Part shown: piece by piece, positions 1 to 6,807 of the stretch
How the letters are laid out: each line of letters begins with the position of its first letter
Numbering within the stretch: the stretch's first letter is position 1
Origin: a bacterium
Lineage (GTDB): Bacteria; UBA8248
Direction: 5' to 3'
Assembly (NCBI GenBank): GCA_965207065.1
Contig: OZ242260.1
Location: forward strand, 3,552,001 to 3,616,000
DNA length: 64,000 nt
Program-made: the position numbers and the translations under genes
The notes under the pieces: model-generated
Told to the model about the DNA's origin: nothing
The model's input: the letters and a program-made list of their open reading frames with translations, nothing else
Databases searched by the model: none

Positions 1-90
1 TGGGTTCGAATCTTTTTTCAGAATATCAATAAAATTTAACATTTATGATTCAGTTGTAATCCTGCCAGTAACAAACTAAAACCCGCTCCC

Positions 91-384
91 TCAAGTCCAC
101 CAGTCGACTGCGTAGGAACCGGCGAAGATAAGAGCGCCGAGTCCCAGGAGGCCCACGGCCGGCTTCGTCGCGCCGATGGAGAGCGCCCCCAGTGCGCCGC
201 AGAGCATCAGAGCGCCCGTACCCCACATGACCTTCACGACAATGGCCTTGGCGTCGATGACGTTCAATGGCCTGTCGTCGCCGGAATCATCTGCGGGCTT
301 CACTTCGGTTGTTCCTCCGCATGCGGCACAAGCATCACTGCCGGATATTTCAGCCCCGCATTCAGGGCAATGCGTCTCGGCCAT
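91..384 (-). CDS. Small zinc-ribbon membrane protein (CxxC...CxxC N-terminus, two C-terminal hydrophobic helices)
   Basis: In-frame ATG at 384 behind a purine-rich RBS (AGGAAG). Protein begins MAETHCPECGAEISGSDACAACGG and ends in hydrophobic segments. The longer track ORF start (579) is unlikely. Confidence 0.6.
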   Translation of the reverse strand: MAETHCPECGAEISGSDACAACGGTTEVKPADDSGDDRPLNVIDAKAIVVKVMWGTGALMLCGALGALSIGATKPAVGLLGLGALIFAGSYAVDWWT

Positions 385-584
385 GGCGTCTTCCTTCCTG
401 AAACGGATGGCGGATAAAAGGCATTCGTAAAGAGAGCGGGATTCTCTCACAAGGCGGGGGAAGGGGAAACGCGCCTGCAAATTCTCCTCCAGGAAGACGC
501 TCGCGCTTTTCGCCTTCGCGCGCCGTGTGTGATGATGAACAGGTCCATCCTGCTCACCAATAAAGCGAATGAGGAGCAACTGTC

Positions 585-1502
585 GTGCAATATGATATCG
601 ACCCCGAGCGCGTCGTCGTCACCGAGCCCGTGCCGGGTTCCGAATACCCGGTTCACCTGATGTACGTCGAACTGCTCGACGGCGTCTATGCGCCGGTAGG
701 TCTGAGGACGCCCGTTGGCGCTGGGCCGCACCCAACCGTATTGCTCGGGCGGGGGAACGGCGGGGGCGGCATGGCCTGGGTGCGCGAGGCGACCCGGAAC
801 ATGGGCTGCATCCAGGAGCGCCTGCTCGCGGCGGGCTACGCCTGCGCCTGGCTGAGGTACCGCGCAGAAGTGGAGCTCGGCTACAACAACGGCGGCCGCC
901 TCGTCGAGGACATGCGCCAGGGCCGCCAGCTCCTGAACCGCTCGCCGCTCGAGTATGAAGACGAGATCGCGATCATCGAATACATGAAGACGCTGCCCGA
1001 AGTGGACGGGGAGCGCATCGGCCTGATGGGCGTGAGCCACGCGGGCGAGATGATCCTCAAGCTCACATCTGAATACGGCGGCGCGCGCGCCTGCGTGGCC
1101 TGCGAACCGGCCTCCCATGAATTCCTCGACCTCTCACCGGACGATACCGCCTTCGTGAACGAGGAGACGCAGCTCAGAAACATCGAGTCCATGATGATGC
1201 AGGAGGTCGAGAAGGTGAGGGCGCGCATTAACGAAGCGTTGGCGCTCGAAAGAATAAGAAGTATTACAACGCCGATCCTCATCATGGGCCGGGATGAGGA
1301 TCACTTACAGGGCATCTTCCGCGCCACGTACGATCTGATGGTGCAGGCGGGGAGGGACGTCGAGTGGGCCTCATACGATCACCCGATGCACGGCTACATC
1401 TATCCCGAGCGGGGAGAGAACGGAGAATACGCCGTCGATGACACTCAGGAGGCGGCGATTGCGAAGTGCATCGCCTACTTGGACAAATACATGAAGAACT
1501 GA
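585..1502 (+). CDS. Alpha/beta-fold serine hydrolase (S9/dienelactone-hydrolase-like)
   Basis: RIGLMGVSHAG nucleophile elbow, candidate Asp (GRDED) and His (MHGY); GAGGAG RBS before GTG. Confidence 0.75.
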   Translation: MQYDIDPERVVVTEPVPGSEYPVHLMYVELLDGVYAPVGLRTPVGAGPHPTVLLGRGNGGGGMAWVREATRNMGCIQERLLAAGYACAWLRYRAEVELGYNNGGRLVEDMRQGRQLLNRSPLEYEDEIAIIEYMKTLPEVDGERIGLMGVSHAGEMILKLTSEYGGARACVACEPASHEFLDLSPDDTAFVNEETQLRNIESMMMQEVEKVRARINEALALERIRSITTPILIMGRDEDHLQGIFRATYDLMVQAGRDVEWASYDHPMHGYIYPERGENGEYAVDDTQEAAIAKCIAYLDKYMKN

Positions 1503-1580
1503 GCTATACTAAGGCTCATCAACGCTTCGTGAGCACGAGACGTTCCCGAACATCCGCCTTGATGCCGGACACCGAAACTC

Positions 1581-3041
1581 ATGAAATCCCAGACGAGAAT
1601 TTTTTCATGTCTTGTGGATGACTTTCTCAAAACCGATTCGCTCATCGTTCCGACTACGGAAAATCTCAGGCTGGTCATTTCCCGCATGGCGGAGACGGGC
1701 GCAACGTGCGTTCTCGTGACGGACGAGGAAAACAAACTTTCAGGCATTTTCACGGAGAAAGACGTGACGCGCCGCGTCGCGCTGCGGTGCGACGGCTCGG
1801 AATCCATAGAGCAGGTGATGACGTCCCGCGTCTACTCCGCGAATCAGGGAGACTACCTCTATCACACCATTGCGCGCATGCGCCGCCTCGGCCACCGGCA
1901 CATGCCCGTTGTGGACGACGCGAACCGCCCCCTCGGACTGCTCGACCTCCAGGACGCCATGGCCGTGGCGGCCTCGCATGTGGTGGAACACATCGACGCA
2001 CTCACGCAGGTCCCTGAACTCTACGGCTTGCAAGAGGTGAAAGCCGTGCAGACAGTCGTGGCGCAGGAACTGCTCGAGGACAACCTCACCGCGCCTGAAA
2101 TTCAGGCGCTGCTCACCCACGTGAACAACGACATCTACCGCCGCGTGGCCGAAAAAGTGACGGGGACCATCGAAGCAGCAGGCGGGGGCGAACCGCCCGT
2201 ACGATACGCTGTGATCGTCATGGGCTCGAGCGGACGGGGGGAGAACTTCATCAACCCCGATCAGGACAACGGCATCATTTTCGAAGACTATCCCGTGGAG
2301 CGGCACAACGAAGTCAACGACTACTTCATCCAATTCTCGGAACTGCTGACCTGGAACCTCGAAGCCATCGGCTTCCCCCTGTGCGACGGCAACGTCATGG
2401 CCACGAACCCGCTTTGGCGCAAATCGATTTCCGAATGGAAGCAGCAGACCCTGCGCTGGTTCCAGAAGAGGAGCACGTTCCAGGTGCAGCTGAGCGATGT
2501 CTTTTTCGACTTCGACACCGTTTCCGGAGATCTCTCACTGGGCCAGGAGTTGCGGAATCACCTCACGACTTTCGTGCAGAAAGAACCAGCCGTGCTCCAG
2601 GCGATGTTCCAGACCGAGGCCGACAGACACGTCGCTCTGGGCCTGTTCGGCATCCTGCGAACGGAAAAAACGGGAGAGGGCCTGCCGCAGGCAATCAACC
2701 TGAAGCACGGGGGCATCCTTCCTCTGGTCGGAGCGGTGCGGCTGCTCGCCCTGAAAGAGGGTCTGGAGGCCACCTCCACCTACGAGCGCATCCGCCTGCT
2801 GCACGAGGCGGGGATTTTCAGCAATGATGAGGTCGATGATTACACCGCCGCCCTGGAAAATATGACGTTTATGCTGCTGCGACAACAACTCAGGGACTAC
2901 AGGCGTATCCGGAAGGCGACGCGCTACGTGAGGAAGGCGGCAATCTCACGCAGGGAGAAGCAGGTCCTCAAGATGTCTCTCAAGGCCATACGCTCGCTCA
3001 AGGATCGGGTGCGGACGGAGTTCACCGGCGAGATTCTCTGA
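1581..3041 (+). CDS. CBS-pair + DUF294 nucleotidyltransferase-like signal protein
   Basis: CBS motifs (LSGIFTEKDV, RHMPVVD), NTase motif MGSSGRGE...DQDNG, GNVMATNPLW, and DUF294_C motifs INLKHGG/STYERI. Confidence 0.85.
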   Translation: MKSQTRIFSCLVDDFLKTDSLIVPTTENLRLVISRMAETGATCVLVTDEENKLSGIFTEKDVTRRVALRCDGSESIEQVMTSRVYSANQGDYLYHTIARMRRLGHRHMPVVDDANRPLGLLDLQDAMAVAASHVVEHIDALTQVPELYGLQEVKAVQTVVAQELLEDNLTAPEIQALLTHVNNDIYRRVAEKVTGTIEAAGGGEPPVRYAVIVMGSSGRGENFINPDQDNGIIFEDYPVERHNEVNDYFIQFSELLTWNLEAIGFPLCDGNVMATNPLWRKSISEWKQQTLRWFQKRSTFQVQLSDVFFDFDTVSGDLSLGQELRNHLTTFVQKEPAVLQAMFQTEADRHVALGLFGILRTEKTGEGLPQAINLKHGGILPLVGAVRLLALKEGLEATSTYERIRLLHEAGIFSNDEVDDYTAALENMTFMLLRQQLRDYRRIRKATRYVRKAAISRREKQVLKMSLKAIRSLKDRVRTEFTGEIL

Positions 3042-3056
3042 GACACTCTTTGTATA

Positions 3057-3674
3057 TCAGGATACGGGCGTCTTGAAGCGATCGAACACCCGCCCGAAGC
3101 GCCAGGCGTAGAACTCCACGCTCTCATACAGGCCGGCTCTGTTATAAGGTTCCTCCGCCCAGAATGCGCGCGCCGCCTCGATGTCGGGAAAATCGAACAA
3201 AAGCACGCTGCCGTTTCTTGTCTCGCCGTCGTCGGTGACCAGGGGGCCGCGCACCATCACCGAGTCGTCGTGCCCGGTCAGGTAGGCCTTGTGCTCTTCG
3301 TGCAGGCCCTTGCGGATCGCGCCCCCGTCCGCCTTGTCCAGGGCATGGACGTAGAATTGGAGGTTGCCCTCTTTGCGTGGGCAGTCGCGCCAGGAGTAGG
3401 GCACGGTGGCGCGCCAGCGATGTATGGAGGGCCGCTCCTGGATCCCCTCGATGATGAACGGCTCGTTCGCCACGTGCTCCTCCGCGGCGGAGCGGTCTGG
3501 AAGGTCCAGAATGCGGAAGCTGCCCAGTTCGAGCTTCTCGTCGTCGGTCAGGAACGGACCCGCGAAGCGCGTGACGTCATCGAACCCTTTCAGGTAATCG
3601 AGGTGCGCTTTTCTGTGAACGTCTCTTAGAGCGGCCGCTTCGGGCCTGTCGTAAATCTTGATGACGAATTCCAC
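3057..3674 (-). CDS. Tandem double YciI-domain protein
   Basis: Two repeats of D(R/K)...R...HxxYL...GP...GS...D...EP(F/Y); GTG start at 3674 with AAGGA RBS. Confidence 0.8.
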   Translation of the reverse strand: MEFVIKIYDRPEAAALRDVHRKAHLDYLKGFDDVTRFAGPFLTDDEKLELGSFRILDLPDRSAAEEHVANEPFIIEGIQERPSIHRWRATVPYSWRDCPRKEGNLQFYVHALDKADGGAIRKGLHEEHKAYLTGHDDSVMVRGPLVTDDGETRNGSVLLFDFPDIEAARAFWAEEPYNRAGLYESVEFYAWRFGRVFDRFKTPVS

Positions 3675-3870
3675 GGATGATTTCCTTCTGATGAGAAGCA
3701 AAAACGTGTCGGTAATGACGTTTCAGTCAACAGTTCAGACGCACGGATTCTAAGCGCGGAAGCGTCAGGCCGCAATGGACGCAGCCGAACACATTAGGGC
3801 TCTTGAAGAAGCTATCCTCAAGGGAAACCTCCCCATGGCGCATTCGCCGCCCTTGTCCGTAATACCATCT

Positions 3871-3950
3871 TCATTCCGAGTAGGCGCGCTTGCGCGCCGT
3901 ATCGAGGTAGCGCCCTTCGATACGCCGCCTTCGGCGGCTACTCAGGGTGA
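3871..3950. repeat. REP-like doublet (two inverted GC-rich hairpin units)
   Basis: ccGAGTAGgcgcgcttgcgcgcCGTATCGAgg followed by ccttTCGATACGccgccttcggcggCTACTCagg-type unit. The flanks GAGTAG/CGTATCGA are reverse-complemented in the second unit, and each unit has an internal hairpin. Confidence 0.7.
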
Positions 3951-4008
3951 GACAGATATGGTGGACAGGCAAAACGAGAGTTTGATGTGACTGATCAAGG
4001 AGCAGGAA

Positions 4009-4210
4009 TCACTCCCCCCTTGAGGGTCGGTCTCCCTCGGGGAAGACCGACAACGAGACAAGGGCGGAGCCCGCAGGCGAGTTGGTGGGGGGTATAATTC
4101 GGAGTGGCGATAAAACGCATTTTACCCCCCACCGAATCGGCCTTCGCACAAAACGCTCGGTCTCTTCGTCGGCTTTCCCCTCGGGAAGCCGACCCTCAAG
4201 GGGGGAGTGA
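4009..4210. repeat. REPIN/MITE-like 202-bp palindromic element
   Basis: Perfect 22-bp terminal inverted repeat tcactccccccttgagggtcgg (4009-4030) / ccgaccctcaaggggggagtga (4189-4210), plus internal hairpins and an inner IR ggtggggggta/taccccccacc. Confidence 0.8.
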
Positions 4211-4335
4211 AAGTCTTCTCTTCCAGGTCGGCAACTACTTCAAGGAGGGAGCAATTTCATCAGTTATTATCGAATGAGAAATCCAAATCCTACGTATGGT
4301 GGGGCTTTCTCAAACTCCTTTCGGGCAATTAGCCC

Positions 4336-5526
4336 TCACCCGTCGCAGCGGAACGCCTTCATCGGGAAGGTGTGCAGGGAGCGGAACCCCTCCCGGGTGA
4401 CGATCCCCATATCGCCCATCTGCACGCCCCGGCCTTCCGAGTCCATCGGGTTCGGCTGAATCACCATCACCATGTTTTCGCGGTACTTGAAATCGGCCGG
4501 CGGAGCGAGATAGTTCGAACCCCGGATGCCGATGGAGGGCTGGAGCAAGTCCGTGCCGAAGCCGTGGGCGAGGGAATCGTAGATCTGAAAACCCCTCTCT
4601 GGCAGCGGGTCCGTGGCCTCGAAGACGGCCTGCGCGGAATTGCCCGCCTTCATCGTTTTGCCCACGCCCTCGTACACCTCGACCGCAGCCTCGAGCAGCG
4701 CCTGATACGGAGGCGTCGGGTCCGCTCCGATAGTGAAGGTGCGAAGGCTCTGGCCCGCATAGCCATAATACGCTGCACTGATCTCCATGATGAGCACGTC
4801 GCCCACCTCAAGCTTTCGCCTCGTCGGGTTCTGCCAGGGGACGGGCGTGCGGGGATTCGCCATCGGCGTGGCCGTCACGAACTGCACCATCTGCTCGCCG
4901 CCCTGTTCCCGGAACGCGGCGGCCATCCGGCCCGACAGCTCGATTTCGGGAATGCCCGGCTTCGCGTGGGTGACGGCCGCCTCCATGGCGAGGTCCGTGA
5001 GCCGCGCCGCCTCGGTCAGCCACTCGATTTCCTCCTCGCTCTTTATCAGCCTTAAATCCCTGAATTTCGCGCTCACGTCCACCCACTGCGCCTCCGGAAA
5101 GCGCGATGTCAAATAGTCCATGTGCTCGAAGGGCAATAGAATCTTGAAGCGGGGGTTGATTCCCACCAGACCGATGCGCGCGTTCCCGAGCCCCAGGGCG
5201 TCGAGCTGGTCCGCCATGCGCTCGGGGTTGCCGTAAGCTCCGTGGCGCACGTCCTTGAAAATACACTGCATTTGCGCGTTATGAAGATGGTTGTAGAGAC
5301 CCGTGAACAGGGAAGGGAGGCCATCTTTCGGGAAAATCAGATAGCAGTGGTTGAAATCCCGGTAGCAGGATAGCCAGTAGATGTTCGCCTGAGCATTGCG
5401 GTTCGTGCCCCCCATGCCGAAGAACAAGAGAGTGTCCAGCCCTTCTTCTTCCATCAGGTCCTTCGCCGCCGCATGACGCCTGTTCATTTCTGCTTCCGAG
5501 AAACGCGGATACCAATCTTCTGCCAT
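4336..5526 (-). CDS. M24 (pita-bread) family hydrolase, creatinase/Xaa-Pro-peptidase-like
   Basis: N-terminal PRFSEAEMNRR, LRLIKSEEEI, KPGIPE, GDVLIMEI...GY...RT, AHGFG. Confidence 0.8.
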   Translation of the reverse strand: MAEDWYPRFSEAEMNRRHAAAKDLMEEEGLDTLLFFGMGGTNRNAQANIYWLSCYRDFNHCYLIFPKDGLPSLFTGLYNHLHNAQMQCIFKDVRHGAYGNPERMADQLDALGLGNARIGLVGINPRFKILLPFEHMDYLTSRFPEAQWVDVSAKFRDLRLIKSEEEIEWLTEAARLTDLAMEAAVTHAKPGIPEIELSGRMAAAFREQGGEQMVQFVTATPMANPRTPVPWQNPTRRKLEVGDVLIMEISAAYYGYAGQSLRTFTIGADPTPPYQALLEAAVEVYEGVGKTMKAGNSAQAVFEATDPLPERGFQIYDSLAHGFGTDLLQPSIGIRGSNYLAPPADFKYRENMVMVIQPNPMDSEGRGVQMGDMGIVTREGFRSLHTFPMKAFRCDG

Positions 5527-5643
5527 GTCGCCTCCTTGCGCGATAATCCCTCGTGCGAGAGAATAATAATGTCATCGGAAATTTTAAGTATGCGCGGCGC
5601 ATTATAGCGAGCGCACCGAGAATATACGACCGGGAGGAAGCAT

Positions 5644-6738
5644 ATGAGCATCATCGGCCATGGCGTGATTTCAAGAAAAGCGGGTGAGCGCACGGAAGTC
5701 GAGGAAATCGAACTCGACTCCCCGGGTCCGGGCGAGGTGCTGGTGAAAATCCAGGCCAGCGGCGTCTGCCACACCGATTTGCACTACAAACTCGGAAAAA
5801 TCGGGGATGAATTCCCCTATCTTCTCGGCCATGAGGGCTCCGGGGTCGTCCAGGAAGTAGGGGAGGGCGTATCCGACCTCGCCGTGGGCGACTACGTCGT
5901 CCTGGCCTGGCGCGCTCCTTGCGGCGTGTGCCGGTTCTGCTCCATCGGCCAGCCCAACCTCTGCGCCGCCAGCCTGAATGCGGCCTCCAAGATGCGGGGG
6001 AAAAAAGACGGCCAGGCTTTAAGTCCCTCCCTCGGCATCGGTACGTTCTGCACGCACACCGTCGTAGCCGCGAAACAGGCGGTGAAAGTACCCACTGTCT
6101 GTACGCCGGAGCAGGCCTGCCTCATCGGCTGCGGCGTCATGACGGGCGTGGGCGCCTCGCTCTACACGGCGCAGGTGAGGCGCGGGAGCAGCGTGGCGGT
6201 GTATGGATGCGGCGGCGTGGGCTGCAGCGTCATCATGGGGGCGAAAATGTCGCGCGCAGCGAAAATCATCGCCGTCGATATCGCCGACAACAAACTCGCC
6301 TGGGCGAGGGAGTTCGGCGCGACCGACGTCGTCAATGCGTCTGAAACAGACCCGGTGGAAGCGATCAAGGACCTCACCGGCGGCAACGGCGTCGATTATT
6401 CCTTCGAGGCCGTGGGAACACCCCAGACGCTCCTGCAGGCCATGTGGTCGCGCGACCTGGCCGGCACCTGCACGCTCATCGGCGTGCCGGCGCCCGACAT
6501 GATGATGGAACTGCCCATGCTCCAGTTCTTCGGCCTGGGCGGCGCGCTGCGCGTCTGCTGGTATGGGGATTGTCTGCCTTCCAGGGATTTCCCGCTTCTT
6601 GCCGACTGGTATGAAAAAGGAGAGCTGGACCTCGACCGAATGGTCACGAAAGTCATCGGTCTCGAAGACGTGGAACCCGCTTTCGAGGCCATGGAGCGCG
6701 GCGAAACCCTGCGGTCCGTCATCCGGAATCCGGATTAG
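5644..6738 (+). CDS. Zn-dependent MDR dehydrogenase, S-(hydroxymethyl)mycothiol-dehydrogenase-like
   Basis: GVCHTD, LGHEG, structural Zn CxxCxxC-x7-C, GCGGVG Rossmann motif, C-terminal WYGDCLPSRDFP signature. Confidence 0.85.
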   Translation: MSIIGHGVISRKAGERTEVEEIELDSPGPGEVLVKIQASGVCHTDLHYKLGKIGDEFPYLLGHEGSGVVQEVGEGVSDLAVGDYVVLAWRAPCGVCRFCSIGQPNLCAASLNAASKMRGKKDGQALSPSLGIGTFCTHTVVAAKQAVKVPTVCTPEQACLIGCGVMTGVGASLYTAQVRRGSSVAVYGCGGVGCSVIMGAKMSRAAKIIAVDIADNKLAWAREFGATDVVNASETDPVEAIKDLTGGNGVDYSFEAVGTPQTLLQAMWSRDLAGTCTLIGVPAPDMMMELPMLQFFGLGGALRVCWYGDCLPSRDFPLLADWYEKGELDLDRMVTKVIGLEDVEPAFEAMERGETLRSVIRNPD

Positions 6739-6807
6739 GCAATACAAACAATCACATGAGATAGTTCATGTATCTTACTGTTTATATGTCTTCTTGAAAC
6801 TTATTAC

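Noticed and set aside
3775-3990. 71-aa ORF in the intergenic gap
   Set aside because: Runs through the REP doublet; no motif or convincing RBS.
3860-4260. CRISPR array
   Set aside because: Repeats are inverted and nested, not direct repeats with spacers; no cas genes.
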